Shown piece by piece: positions 27,976 to 38,497 of a stretch of DNA of 64,000 nt. Positions within the stretch are counted from its first letter, which is position 1, and every line of letters begins with the position of its first letter. The stretch is from Dehalococcoidia bacterium. GTDB lineage: Bacteria > Chloroflexota > Dehalococcoidia > Plut-88900. The position numbers were made by a program, and so were the translations under genes. The notes under the pieces are model-generated. The model did no database searches. It worked only from the letters and a program-made list of their open reading frames with translations, and was not told the origin of the DNA. Location: the NCBI GenBank assembly GCA_965197585.1, contig OZ240215.1:2272001-2336000 (forward strand). The letters are read 5' to 3'.

Positions 27976-28716
27976 TCATTTGTCTTGCATACTATCGATC
28001 AGCATTCTCAATTTGCTGTCTAAAGCATCGGGGCCGAACCAGTTCGGATCGTCTTGGATGAGTACTGTAGGAGTGCGCGGGATTACATTATCGGAAGCAA
28101 TAGTGAACGGCAAGCACAAGCGCCAATCATCATACGAATTCCTTATGAGCTCCTTTTCAGTGCTGACCTTGTAATACGTCTTAATCCATGCAACGGCCTC
28201 TGGTTTATCAATCAACTGCAACCCGGGTTGCAGAGATTTACCCATAAACAAGGAGTTGGACACATTGCAAAGCAACAGGTCAAATTCCCCTACCAAATAT
28301 CTATCGTTGGTAGTTGATTGGAGTCCCAGGTTGCTGCGAGACTTGTGACACTTGACTTTGAAATGAGCACTTGGGATATTCCTCGTTTCTACTCGGAAAC
28401 TCCCTCGAACAGCATTCTTAGTTTCAACCTTTAGGCGGATACCTGTCCGTCTAAAGGTAATGCTAACATCCTCATCGCTTTTGCCTGGCTGAGGATTAAG
28501 GTTCAGTTTATCGACACTCCATTCCCTAGGGTTAAGCGTATGTTTAAGAAATGCCGCCCCAACGTACTCAGTTGCCTTGCCCCTAATCATCGGAAGAACT
28601 TTTTGGTCTTCCAAGATGTCAAGTAAGTTTTCACGGGGAATATTGTACGTATCACAATACTCCTTAATGTTTCGGTAGACGCGTAAAGCTTCGTCTTGTT
28701 CGGCTTCCTCAACCAT
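27976..28716 (-). CDS. Putative type II restriction endonuclease, PD-(D/E)XK-like
   Basis: GKATE...DEDV...KVETKN catalytic-like spacing; overlaps the methylase stop; lower GC. Confidence 0.6.
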   Translation of the reverse strand: MVEEAEQDEALRVYRNIKEYCDTYNIPRENLLDILEDQKVLPMIRGKATEYVGAAFLKHTLNPREWSVDKLNLNPQPGKSDEDVSITFRRTGIRLKVETKNAVRGSFRVETRNIPSAHFKVKCHKSRSNLGLQSTTNDRYLVGEFDLLLCNVSNSLFMGKSLQPGLQLIDKPEAVAWIKTYYKVSTEKELIRNSYDDWRLCLPFTIASDNVIPRTPTVLIQDDPNWFGPDALDSKLRMLIDSMQDK

Positions 28717-29614
28717 AGTAGTTTCGGATAAAGAGTTCCCGTCCTTGGTATCTAGCTCTCTTGAATCCGTCCTTCATGTTCACTCCATTCCTCTGATCAT
28801 CTGTGCGATTGATAGTGTAGTTCCACTGTTGTCCCCTAATGTCCATAGCCCATCGGTAAAGGCGCCTCACCTCCGGGTGGTCATCATATGTCAAGAGAAA
28901 CTGGAGTCGATCAGAGTGCCGTCTTAGACATGCGGAGAGCCGCTCGTGGTCAATGAAGTTGAAGGTGCAGTTATAAAATTTCTGCTGGTCTGCGTTGAAG
29001 TAAGGAGGGTCCACAAACACAAAGCAACCCGAGGGCAATGCATTGAAGACTTGCTCAAAATCAAAGGATTGGAGATGTACTTCTTGAAGCTTATCCGACA
29101 CAGTACGCAGGTGGGGAGGCCAGTTTTCAGGACGCATCGAATATTTGTTTCCGAATCCCCAGTAACAGTTCTCTGGTCGCATGATTCCGCTATATGAAAT
29201 GCGATTCAGGTAGTACCATCGAAAGGCACGCTCCAAATTGGTTCCGGGCTTGTAATGGTTCTTGTAGTAATTATGCAGCTCTTTGGCCGCTGGTATGCCC
29301 TTAAGTAAAGATATTAGACCTTCTACGTTATCCCGGATGTGTATGAGCGTATTCATTACTTCTTCGTCGAGATCGTTTAGAAGGTTCCATGCTGCTTTGG
29401 TCTTTGCGAAGAATATGGACGCACCGCCCGCAAATGGTTCGCAATAATGGGAATGAGGAGGAATGAAGTCCAGGATTAGACGTCGTGCATAGAATTTTCC
29501 TCCTGGATAGCGGAATGGGGAGTTGGACTTCCCAGAGCGGGGAGCGCAGGTAGAGCCAAGAAACTTGACCGGCAAGACACCCTGTAATGCACTATTGGGT
29601 GACTCAGCAGGCAT
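28709..29614 (-). CDS. Dam-family (D12 class) N6-adenine DNA methyltransferase
   Basis: FRYPGGK, YCEPFAGGAS, NDLD, FVDPPY, ELFIRNY. Confidence 0.92.
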   Translation of the reverse strand: MPAESPNSALQGVLPVKFLGSTCAPRSGKSNSPFRYPGGKFYARRLILDFIPPHSHYCEPFAGGASIFFAKTKAAWNLLNDLDEEVMNTLIHIRDNVEGLISLLKGIPAAKELHNYYKNHYKPGTNLERAFRWYYLNRISYSGIMRPENCYWGFGNKYSMRPENWPPHLRTVSDKLQEVHLQSFDFEQVFNALPSGCFVFVDPPYFNADQQKFYNCTFNFIDHERLSACLRRHSDRLQFLLTYDDHPEVRRLYRWAMDIRGQQWNYTINRTDDQRNGVNMKDGFKRARYQGRELFIRNYYG

Positions 29615-29738
29615 TTTTTCTCCTTAAATGCAGATCCAATTCGTCAACTAAGCCCAGATCTGCAACCGCGTCAGTAATATAACATGACGGGCTTAAATCA
29701 TTCAGCGCTCGCTCGGAGAATTTCTTGCACTCCCACCC

Positions 29739-30902
29739 CTACAACAACACCAAATTATCCCTATGCACCAGCTCCGCCCCGTACTCATACCCGAGAACTT
29801 CTATGATCTCCCCCGACTGCCGACCCGCTATCGCCTTCGCATCCCCCGCACCATAGTTCGTCAGCCCGCAGGCAATCCGGTTCCCGACCCCGTCCAGGAT
29901 GATAAGCACGTCTCCCCGCTCAAAGCTCCCCGACACCTCCACGACACCCGCAGGCAGCAGGCTCTTACCACCCCTCCTTAGCGCTGACACCGCACCCCCA
30001 TCCACCCGCACCGCCCCTCGGGAGTTCAGCCCGCTAAGCATCCACCGCTTCCGGCTCTCCATCTTTGTCGTCTGGCTGGGGAAGAACGTGCCCAGTCCCT
30101 CGCCGCTGGCCAGGCGGGGTATCACGTCCTCCATCCGACCCTTGGCAATCACCACGTCCACCCCTGATGTCGTAGCCAGGCTCGCTGCCTGCAGCTTCGT
30201 CACCATCCCCCCGACCGCCTCCGCGCTCTTAGTACCTTGGGCCAGAGACGTAATAGATTCATCGATCGCCTCCACCCTGGAAATGAGCTTCGCATCTGGG
30301 TCGAGGCTCGGGTCCGATGTGTACAACCCCGCCACGTCCGAAAGGATCATCAGCAGGTCCGCGTCCACCAGGTTCGCCACCATCGCCGATAGATTGTCGT
30401 TGTCCCCGAACCGGGTCCCTTTGATCTCCTCCACAGCGACAACATCGTTCTCGTTGACGATTGGCTGCACCCCGAGCTCCAGCAAGGTGTTGAGAGTGTT
30501 CCGCACGTTCAGATACCCCAGCCTGTCCGACAAATCCCCCCTCGACACCAAAGCCTGCGCCACCGTTATCCCGTGCTCCCCGAACAGCCTGTCGTAAGCT
30601 TGCATCAACCTTCCCTGCCCAACCGACGCCAGCACCTGCTTTAGCGGGACACCCCTATGCTCCGGCACCCGGCCCAGAATCTCCCTCCCAGACGCCATCG
30701 CCCCCGAGGACACCAGCACCACCTCCATACCTTCCCGCCTGATCGCCGCTATCTGCCCAACTAGCGAGGCCATACACCCCAGGTCGAGGCCTCGGTCGGG
30801 CCCCGCAAGCAGGTTGCTGCCCAGTTTCACTACTACCCGACGGTATGCGATTGAGACATTACGCCCGCGGCCGGATGTTGAGTTGTCGTTGGACTTAGCC
30901 AT
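29739..30902 (-). CDS. proB: Glutamate 5-kinase with PUA domain
   Basis: VVVKLGSN, VSSGA, NENDVV, FGDNDNLSA, GGMVTKL; exact start uncertain. Confidence 0.96.
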   Translation of the reverse strand: MAKSNDNSTSGRGRNVSIAYRRVVVKLGSNLLAGPDRGLDLGCMASLVGQIAAIRREGMEVVLVSSGAMASGREILGRVPEHRGVPLKQVLASVGQGRLMQAYDRLFGEHGITVAQALVSRGDLSDRLGYLNVRNTLNTLLELGVQPIVNENDVVAVEEIKGTRFGDNDNLSAMVANLVDADLLMILSDVAGLYTSDPSLDPDAKLISRVEAIDESITSLAQGTKSAEAVGGMVTKLQAASLATTSGVDVVIAKGRMEDVIPRLASGEGLGTFFPSQTTKMESRKRWMLSGLNSRGAVRVDGGAVSALRRGGKSLLPAGVVEVSGSFERGDVLIILDGVGNRIACGLTNYGAGDAKAIAGRQSGEIIEVLGYEYGAELVHRDNLVLL

Positions 30903-31010
30903 ATGCGGTTGAAGCAGGGAGGCGAGTATATCACCCACCCATCAAAGCGGTGGTGGGAAAGAGCGCAGCCCTTTCCCACCACACACCATGTCTACTCTCA
31001 AGACGTGTTC

Positions 31011-31889
31011 CTACTTCCCGTTGGCCCCATCCTCATCGGCGCTGGCGGCCAGGTTCATAAATGGCTTGAGAACGTTGGTGAACTCCATCGGGAAAATGAA
31101 CTTGGTGGAGGGGCTGGCCCCAATCTCCTTCAACGTTTCGAAGTACTGGAGGCTCATCGTCTTCGCATCTACATCCTGGGCTACCTTATATATCTGGTCC
31201 AGTGCATTGCTGAATCCCTCGGCATTCAGGATCGCCGCCTGCCTATTGCCCTCAGCCTTCAAAATCTCCGCCTGTCTCTGCCCCTCGGCATTGAGAATTG
31301 CAGCCTGCTTCTGGCCCTCCGCTACGGTGATGTTGGCCTCTTTCTGGCCGTCCGCCTCGGTGACTACGGCTCGGCGTTCCCGCTCAGCGGCCATCTGCCG
31401 GTTCATGGCGTGCTGGATCTCGGCGGGCGGGTCGATCTCCCGGATCTCAACAGCCGTCACCTTCACGCCCCAGCGGCTGGTGACTTCATCCAGCTTGACC
31501 CGGAGGACCTGGTTGATCTCTTCCCTCTTCGCGAGCACGTCATCCAGGGGGATGTCACCAATTACGGCCCTTAGGGTCGTCGTCGCCATACCTACTATCG
31601 CGGCGCGGAAGTCCTGGACCTCAATGACCGACTTCTCTGCCTCATGGTCCACTACCTTGTAGTAGATCAGGAAGTCGATTCCTATAGGGGCGTTGTCCTT
31701 CGTTATGTTGGTCTGCCTCGCCACGTCAATCACGTCTTCTCGAAGATCGACCTTCTGGAAGCTGTCTATGAACGGTATCAGGAGCCGCAGACCCGCGCCC
31801 TTCAACCCGAAGAACTTCCCCAGCCTGAAGGGGACCATCCTTTCATACTGCTTTACGATGATTACTGGAAACAATACCGGTGTCGCCAT
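31011..31889 (-). CDS. SPFH/band 7 domain protein
   Basis: FRLGK, ITKDN, WGVKVTAVEI, QMAAERERRA; downstream of nfeD-like gene. Confidence 0.9.
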   Translation of the reverse strand: MATPVLFPVIIVKQYERMVPFRLGKFFGLKGAGLRLLIPFIDSFQKVDLREDVIDVARQTNITKDNAPIGIDFLIYYKVVDHEAEKSVIEVQDFRAAIVGMATTTLRAVIGDIPLDDVLAKREEINQVLRVKLDEVTSRWGVKVTAVEIREIDPPAEIQHAMNRQMAAERERRAVVTEADGQKEANITVAEGQKQAAILNAEGQRQAEILKAEGNRQAAILNAEGFSNALDQIYKVAQDVDAKTMSLQYFETLKEIGASPSTKFIFPMEFTNVLKPFMNLAASADEDGANGK

Positions 31890-31907
31890 TTAAGGCTCCT
31901 TTCTAAT

Positions 31908-33239
31908 TCACGCCTTGCGGACTTTGATAGTCAGACCGTCGACTTCGACCACCTCCACCTTATCACCCACCCCTATTGACCCCTCCCCCGACGACACCGC
32001 ACTCCACGTCTCGCTTTTCAGCTGCACGTTCCCCACGGGGTTCAACTCCGAGAGCACTTGTCCCGTCTGCCCGATAAGTAGCTCCACACTCGAGGCATAT
32101 TTCAGCTTTCGCGTCCTTACCATCGCCCCGACGATCACCAGCGCAAAGAACGCCATCATCCCTGAGAGTATGGCCACGAGCCAGAAACTGATCCTGAGCA
32201 CCGGGGCCCCCGGCCAGTCCGGCTCCCCAACCGAGAATAGCAGCAGCGCCCCCAGCACGAACGCGATCACTCCCCCCACCCCCAGGAACCCTATCCCCGG
32301 AACCTGGATCTCCAGGAAGATTAGGATGGCTGCCAGGCCCAGCAGCACCACGCCCGCCCAGTTGAACGGCATCGCGCCAAGGGCCACCAGCCCTACGATT
32401 AGCGCCAGCGCCCCGACAACTCCGGGAACGATCAGCCCCGGGTTGAGAAGCTCCACGAAGAGGCCTATTGCCCCAAACGTCAGGAGTAGACCAATAACGT
32501 TCGGGTGAGCGACGAAGGAGAAGAACTTCTCAGCAAGGTTCATCTCCACCTCCCGCTCCACTAGCCCCTCGGTCCGCATCGTAACCGTCCCTAACGCCGT
32601 CTCCGTCTCACGTCCCTCCAGCTGTTCAAGCAAGTCCTGTACGTCCACAGCCACGAAATCTACTAAGCCAACTTCCACCGCCACAGACGCCGTATAGGCC
32701 TCTGCTTCCGTGATCGTCTTGGTCAGGGCTTCCTTGTCGCGGCCTCGCTTCTCTGCAATGCCCTCGGCCATAGCTACGGTTATGTTGATGGCCTTTTCGG
32801 ATAAAGTATCGGGCAGGTCTTCTCCGTCCGCTGCCACCGGCGAAGCCGCCCCGATGGACGTGCCCTCGGCCATCACCGCAAAGTTAGCCGCCGCCGTGAC
32901 AAACGTCCCTGCCGAGGCCGCAAAGGCGCCAGGTGGATAGACATACACCGCCACAGGCACTTCCGCCCCAAGCAGCCTCTCCACTATGTTCTCCGTGGAG
33001 GAAAGCGACCCCCCCGGCGTGTCCAGCTTGATGACCACCAGCGCCGCCCCGTCGACCTCCGCCATCTCGATGCCGCGGGAAAAATACCGCTCCGCGTTTG
33101 GGCTTATATCCCCATCGTAGGTGAGTACGTAGACTTGCTCTTCCGGGCTCTGGGCATAGGCGGGACTAAGCAGCAACGCCAGCCCTGCAACTAACATCGC
33201 CACCCCGAGTAACAGCCTTACCCACCTAAACGCCGCCAT
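31908..33239 (-). CDS. nfeD: NfeD-family membrane serine protease (long form)
   Basis: LDTPGG, AASAG, IGAASPV, TM region and C-terminal OB fold; classic NfeD-SPFH pair. Confidence 0.88.
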   Translation of the reverse strand: MAAFRWVRLLLGVAMLVAGLALLLSPAYAQSPEEQVYVLTYDGDISPNAERYFSRGIEMAEVDGAALVVIKLDTPGGSLSSTENIVERLLGAEVPVAVYVYPPGAFAASAGTFVTAAANFAVMAEGTSIGAASPVAADGEDLPDTLSEKAINITVAMAEGIAEKRGRDKEALTKTITEAEAYTASVAVEVGLVDFVAVDVQDLLEQLEGRETETALGTVTMRTEGLVEREVEMNLAEKFFSFVAHPNVIGLLLTFGAIGLFVELLNPGLIVPGVVGALALIVGLVALGAMPFNWAGVVLLGLAAILIFLEIQVPGIGFLGVGGVIAFVLGALLLFSVGEPDWPGAPVLRISFWLVAILSGMMAFFALVIVGAMVRTRKLKYASSVELLIGQTGQVLSELNPVGNVQLKSETWSAVSSGEGSIGVGDKVEVVEVDGLTIKVRKA

Positions 33240-33306
33240 ATTGACAATTATACATCCCCTCCCCACTTCCGTAGGTACGACCGGCCGGTCGCCTTCCTCG
33301 ATAGGA

Positions 33307-33351
33307 GTGACACCAACCCCCTTGACCTTAGATGAACATTCGTGCTAATCT
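33307..33351 (+). promoter_or_regulatory. Sigma70-type promoter with LexA-like box (element C)
   Basis: TTGACC(33322)-N18-TAATCT(33346); TGAAC-ATTC-GTGCT at 33333-33346. Confidence 0.6.
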
Positions 33352-33357
33352 CCTCAC

Positions 33358-34026
33358 CGTTCGAACACCAACCTAACTATCTCAAGGAGGAACCAAAAAC
33401 CCAGGGAAGCCCACCCGACCCATCCGAGGACTCAACGTCCAAGCCCATCCCAATGGCCCTCCCGCGGCCTGCGGCTCAAGCAAACGCCGCCATCTCCTCA
33501 TCCCATCGGGTCCCGTGCCCCTTCCCTGACCCCCAGGCGATGGAAAGACACTCTGGTTCGTTAAGTTCCATGTGAAGCTCCTTACGGAGAAGCCGCTCCT
33601 TCGAGCGGAATAGCGGTCGGATAGGCCCGGCGCCGAGGCCCTCTCGGTACACCGTCCGCTTAATCAAGCCGGGAGCCGGTGGTCTACGCGCTCCGGGTCG
33701 CACCGGCAAACTTGAACACACTACGCCTGCAGAGGCCCGGCATCGGACGCTGGACGGACCTCCTTGCCGCCCTATAGCGGTGCAGCCAACCCTCGGAGTC
33801 GGGCTCGGACCTGCTGGCCCTGAAGGTCCCTGCCCATGTCCAGCGTATGCAGGGCCACAGGCCGCAGCAGCGGCAGGCGGCTTTAGTCCGCCGTAGTCGG
33901 GCCGGCGCCCTCACCCCGGGGCGTCGGAACACCCGAAGCACATGAACGGGGACAGCGTCCAGCCAGTGTCTTCCATCGCCAAACCCTTCCAAATAAGAAC
34001 CAAAATCCAACCCACAACCGAATAAA
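33358..34026 (+). ncRNA. Candidate large structured ncRNA, copy C
   Basis: Leader homologous to copy B; helix 33536-33556 with 33963-33980; tail CCCACAACCGAATAAA at 34011-34026. Confidence 0.6.
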
Positions 34027-34172
34027 GGCCCTTGCCTGCCCCTGACGTGCCGGACTAGTACATTATGTTGCCTAATTGCCTGGAAAATGATACTATGTTC
34101 GTGCCTGAAGTGAAGGTTTTCTACGCTTCACTTCAGTTACCTTGACCCGTCCGTCAAGACCTCGTTTCCCAC

Positions 34173-34856
34173 ATGCCCATAGTAGGTATAACCGCATCCA
34201 GGAAAGCCAAAGGGGCCCGATATATAAGGGTCTTGGAGAAAGTCGGCGCTGAACCCATCATCCTCCGCCCTGATCCCGACGCCAACCTCCCTTCTATCCT
34301 CGATAGCGTAGACGGCCTTCTCCTGTCCGGCGGCGAAGACATAGACCCGCACTACTACGAAGAACCCTTCCTGGACGCGACCCCCGACAAAGAACGGGAT
34401 GCCTTCGAATTGCCCCTGCTGAAAGAAGCTCTGAAGCGGGATATGCCAGTATTCGGCGTCTGCCGTGGCATGGAGGCCCTGAACGTCGTGATGGGCGGCA
34501 AACTGACCCGCAAAATCAAAGGACACCGCTCCCCAGACTTGGTCAAGTCCGTGTTCCACGACGTATACGTGGCGCCCGGCAGCCGCCTGGGTGCGATCTT
34601 CGGCGGCGCCCCTATTCTGCGTGTCAACAGCAGGCACCACCAGGGATTCACCCAGTTCCAGAAGGCCCCCGGCCTCCTGGCCTCCGCCTACGTCCTTGAC
34701 GGCGACCTGATAGAGGCCGTGGAGTCCCTTTCCCACACTTGGGTTTTCGGAGTCCAGTGGCACCCCGAAAGAGAGTCCGAAAACCACCCCAAAAACCTGA
34801 ACCTGTTCCACGCCCTCGCCGAGGCCGCGGAAAGGTTCTCCAGTATCACCGTCTAG
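34173..34856 (+). CDS. Gamma-glutamyl-gamma-aminobutyrate hydrolase family (peptidase C26)
   Basis: DGLLLSGGEDIDP, GVCRGM, NSRHHQG, GVQWHPE. Confidence 0.9.
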   Translation: MPIVGITASRKAKGARYIRVLEKVGAEPIILRPDPDANLPSILDSVDGLLLSGGEDIDPHYYEEPFLDATPDKERDAFELPLLKEALKRDMPVFGVCRGMEALNVVMGGKLTRKIKGHRSPDLVKSVFHDVYVAPGSRLGAIFGGAPILRVNSRHHQGFTQFQKAPGLLASAYVLDGDLIEAVESLSHTWVFGVQWHPERESENHPKNLNLFHALAEAAERFSSITV

Positions 34857-34865
34857 AGGTCTACG

Positions 34866-37346
34866 ATGGTAACCGACATCGGAAAAATCAGGCCTATCAA
34901 AATCGAAGACGAGATGCGGGGCTCTTACCTCGACTACGCGATGAGCGTCATCGTGTCCCGGGCCCTGCCTGATGTGCGCGACGGACTGAAACCCGTCCAT
35001 CGCCGGATCCTCTACGCCATGAACGACCTCCACCTCAACCCCAACAGCGCCTACAAGAAGAGCGCTCGTATCGTCGGTGAGGTCCTCGGTAAATACCACC
35101 CCCACAGCGACAGCCCCGTTTATGATGCTATGGTCCGCATGGCGCAGGAATTCTCCATGCGCTACATGCTCGTCGACGGGCAGGGCAACTTCGGCAGCGT
35201 CGACAACGACCCCCCCGCAGCCATGCGATACACTGAAGCCCGCCTAGCCCAGGTCGCCACCGAGATGCTTGCCGACATCGACATGGAGACCGTCGACTTC
35301 ACGCCCAATTTCGACGACAGCCTCAGCGAACCCACCGTTCTGCCCGCACGGATCCCCAGCCTCCTTATGAACGGAAGTTCCGGCATCGCCGTCGGTATGG
35401 CTACCAACATCCCGCCCCACAATCTCGGCGAGCTGTGCGACGCCCTCGTCAAGCTCATCGACGACCCAGACACCTCCATCGACGACCTTATGGATAGCGT
35501 CCACGGCCCCGACTTCCCCACCCGCGCCGAGATCTGGGGCCGAGAGGGTATCCGCAACGCCTACACCACCGGCCGCGGCAAGATCATAGTTCGCGCCAAG
35601 GCCGACATCGTAGAGACCAATAAGGGCAAACGCAGTCAGATTATCGTCACCGAGCTTCCCTTTCAGCTCAACAAGGCGTCCCTCGTTGAAAAGATCGCCG
35701 ACCTCGTCCGGGACCGCCGGATCGAGGGCATTACCGAGATACGAGACGAGTCGGACCGCGAAGGCCTACGGGTGGTCATCGAGCTTCGAAAGGACCAGTA
35801 CCCGGACGTGGTGCTCAACAACCTCTACCAGAACACCCCGATGCAGTCCTCCTATTTCATCAACATGCTCGCCCTAGTGGACGGCGCACCCCGTGTAATC
35901 GGCCTGAAGTCCGCCCTGGAGAGCTTCATCGACTTCCGGCGGGAAGTCATAGTCAGGCGCTCCCGCTTCGAGCTGCGCAAGGCTCGGGAGCGGGCTCACA
36001 TCCTGGAGGGCTTCAAGATCGCCCTCGACAACCTGGATGCCATAATCGCCACAATCCGCCAGTCCCCGACCGTCGAGGACGCCCGCACCAACTTGGTCCA
36101 GTTCTTCAACTTGACCCAGGTCCAGGCACAGGCCATCCTCGACATGCAGTTGCGCCGAATTGCCCAGCTCGAACGCCAGAAGATCGACGAGGAATACGCC
36201 GACACCATCAAGAAGATCAACTACCTCGAAGACCTGCTGGATAACCCCCGCAAAGTCATGTTCCTCATCAGGGACGATGTGCTGGAGATAAAAGCCAAGT
36301 ACGCCGACCCCCGCCGCACCGTAATCATCGATGAGGAAGCCGGCGCCTTCACCAACGAGGACCTCATACCCCATCAGGAAGTCGTCGTGACCCTGAGTCA
36401 CGGCGGCTACGTCAAGCGCATGCCCAAGGAGACCTACCGTGTCCAAAGGCGCGGTGGAAGGGGTGTCGCCGGCATGGAGACCCGCGGCGACGATGTGGTG
36501 CAGAACATGATGCTCGCCGACACCCACGACATCCTCCTGTTCTTCACCAACAAGGGCCGGGTCACATCCATCAAGTGCCATAGGGTTCCCCCCGCCCAAT
36601 CCCGCACCGCCAAGGGACTGCACGTCAACAATCTGATTAACATGGAGCCGGGCGAAATGATCACCGCCCCCATCCAGGTGAAGGACTTCGAGGCTGGGGG
36701 TTACATACTCATGGCCAGCCGAGGCGGCGAGATCAAGAAGACGCCGCTTGAGGCCTTCGCCAATATCCGCAGCAACGGTCTGAAGGCATTCTCCTTGGAG
36801 CCCGGAGACGAGCTCGTATCTGCAACGCTAGCCACCGATGAAGATGATTACATCATCATCACCAAGCTGGGCCAGGCTCTGATGGCCAACGTCGGACTGC
36901 TGCGCAGCGCCTCCCGAGGCAGTGGTGGCGTACGAGGCATAAAGCTGCAAGGCCGGGACGAGGCCATTGCAATGGACCTTGTTCTTGCCGATCATCACCT
37001 CATAGTCATGTCCATAAACGGGGTCGGCAAGCTGACACGTCTCGATTCTCATCACGTTCAGAAACGCGGTGGAACGGGAGTGCTGTGGTTTAAGGTGACA
37101 GATAAGTCAGGGCCCTTGGTTGCAGCCATGGTCGTGAACCGGGCTCACGAACTGATGGTCATATCCGAACAGGGCACGGTATTCCGCACCATGTTGAAGG
37201 AGATCCGCGTTCTGAGCCGAATCACCCAGGGAGTGAACATCATGAAGCCCGACACAGGCGACAGTGTCGCCTCTCTTGCCTGCTCCGAGGGCCAGAGCGA
37301 ACAGCTCAACGGGGCCGGGTCCAACGGCCACATCCCGTCGAAGTAG
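34866..37346 (+). CDS. gyrA: DNA gyrase subunit A
   Basis: [30 protein letters not shown], GyrA-box QRRGGRG. Confidence 0.97.
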   Translation: MVTDIGKIRPIKIEDEMRGSYLDYAMSVIVSRALPDVRDGLKPVHRRILYAMNDLHLNPNSAYKKSARIVGEVLGKYHPHSDSPVYDAMVRMAQEFSMRYMLVDGQGNFGSVDNDPPAAMRYTEARLAQVATEMLADIDMETVDFTPNFDDSLSEPTVLPARIPSLLMNGSSGIAVGMATNIPPHNLGELCDALVKLIDDPDTSIDDLMDSVHGPDFPTRAEIWGREGIRNAYTTGRGKIIVRAKADIVETNKGKRSQIIVTELPFQLNKASLVEKIADLVRDRRIEGITEIRDESDREGLRVVIELRKDQYPDVVLNNLYQNTPMQSSYFINMLALVDGAPRVIGLKSALESFIDFRREVIVRRSRFELRKARERAHILEGFKIALDNLDAIIATIRQSPTVEDARTNLVQFFNLTQVQAQAILDMQLRRIAQLERQKIDEEYADTIKKINYLEDLLDNPRKVMFLIRDDVLEIKAKYADPRRTVIIDEEAGAFTNEDLIPHQEVVVTLSHGGYVKRMPKETYRVQRRGGRGVAGMETRGDDVVQNMMLADTHDILLFFTNKGRVTSIKCHRVPPAQSRTAKGLHVNNLINMEPGEMITAPIQVKDFEAGGYILMASRGGEIKKTPLEAFANIRSNGLKAFSLEPGDELVSATLATDEDDYIIITKLGQALMANVGLLRSASRGSGGVRGIKLQGRDEAIAMDLVLADHHLIVMSINGVGKLTRLDSHHVQKRGGTGVLWFKVTDKSGPLVAAMVVNRAHELMVISEQGTVFRTMLKEIRVLSRITQGVNIMKPDTGDSVASLACSEGQSEQLNGAGSNGHIPSK

Positions 37347-37356
37347 AGGGAACATA

Positions 37357-38046
37357 ATGAAACTGATATTCATCCACGGGGCCGGCGGCTCGCCCCAGTC
37401 CTACTACTACCAGACCCGCCACTTCGAAGGGTCCGAGGCCGTCGCCCTTCCCGGCCACCCCGAAGGCACCCCCTGTAAGACCATCCCCGCCTACGCCGAA
37501 TGGCTACGAGGCTACATCTGGGGCAAAGGCTACGAGGATGTGGTCCTCTGCGGCCACTCCATGGGTGGCGGCATCACCCTGCAGTACGCCATCAACTATC
37601 CCGATGAGCTTAAGGGCATCATCACCATCGGCAGCGGCGCGCGCCTCCGCGTTCACCCCGCTTACCTCGCCGAAGATCAGGAAGGCATCAGGGACCCCGG
37701 ACCGTGGAACCAGGCCGCCGTCGACGGCGCTGCCGACTACACTCCCGAGGTCCGGGAAATCGTTACCCGTGAGAAGCTGGAGGTCGGCCCCGCAGTCGCC
37801 TACAACGACATGACTGCCTGCGACCAGTTCGACATCATGGACCGTGTCTCGGAGATCAAGCTACCGACCCTCGCCATTTGCGGCACCGAAGACGTGATGA
37901 CCCCCGTGGTCTATTCCAAGTATCTGGAAAAGAACCTCGCCAACTGCCGCACCGTCATCATTGAAGGCGCAACCCACAGCGTACTCCTCGAACGCCCCGA
38001 CATAGTCAACCCCGCCATCGCAGAGTTCATCTCGGGCCTGGGGTAG
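37357..38046 (+). CDS. Alpha/beta hydrolase
   Basis: FIHGAGG, GHSMGG, G.ED, GATH. Confidence 0.88.
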   Translation: MKLIFIHGAGGSPQSYYYQTRHFEGSEAVALPGHPEGTPCKTIPAYAEWLRGYIWGKGYEDVVLCGHSMGGGITLQYAINYPDELKGIITIGSGARLRVHPAYLAEDQEGIRDPGPWNQAAVDGAADYTPEVREIVTREKLEVGPAVAYNDMTACDQFDIMDRVSEIKLPTLAICGTEDVMTPVVYSKYLEKNLANCRTVIIEGATHSVLLERPDIVNPAIAEFISGLG

Positions 38047-38089
38047 CCAGGACTCCAGCTATGGGTAGAATGACGGGTTTATACTAAGA

Positions 38090-38473
38090 TTGGGTGACTT
38101 GGACAAGTCCCGAGAGGGATTGGGTCTGGGTCTGTTTATTGTGATTTCCCTGACCTGTCTCGGTTTAGTGATTTGGCATGAGGCAACGGATGGCGAAACG
38201 GGAGGAGTGTTGAGCGCACTGCTATCCGTACTGGAGCGGATGGCAGCGGTTCTTGTAACCTTGAGTTTGACCATATATGCCTCTGTGGAGGGAGCTGCAA
38301 TGCTGTACGAAAAATATGCCAAGAGGCGCTTTCAGGAAGGGAAGCAAAAGGGAGAAGCAGAGCGTGACAGGGAATGGATGTCGTGGATGGAACGCCGGGA
38401 GGAAGCCTTAGCATCCGGTGAACCTTTTGACGAACCCTCACCCGCGGAGAAACCCTCCAAGAATGGACAGTAA
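38090..38473 (+). CDS. Hypothetical membrane protein
   Basis: Two hydrophobic segments followed by a charged tail ending GEPFDEPSP. Confidence 0.6.
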   Translation: MGDLDKSREGLGLGLFIVISLTCLGLVIWHEATDGETGGVLSALLSVLERMAAVLVTLSLTIYASVEGAAMLYEKYAKRRFQEGKQKGEAERDREWMSWMERREEALASGEPFDEPSPAEKPSKNGQ

Positions 38474-38497
38474 TCCCCTTTCACTGGAATCGCATAG

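Noticed and set aside
33540-33980. Assigning the ncRNA cores to RNase P, tmRNA, SRP, group I intron or hammerhead ribozyme
   Set aside because: No GAGGAAAGTCC, no tRNA-like T-arm/CCA end, no SRP GGAAGG-AGCAG loop, no complete P/Q/R/S set and no CTGATGA...GAAA core found by eye.
34050-34105. Additional LexA boxes upstream of the C26-gyrA operon and near 51330
   Set aside because: Half-sites are spaced N5 or match poorly; not convincing.
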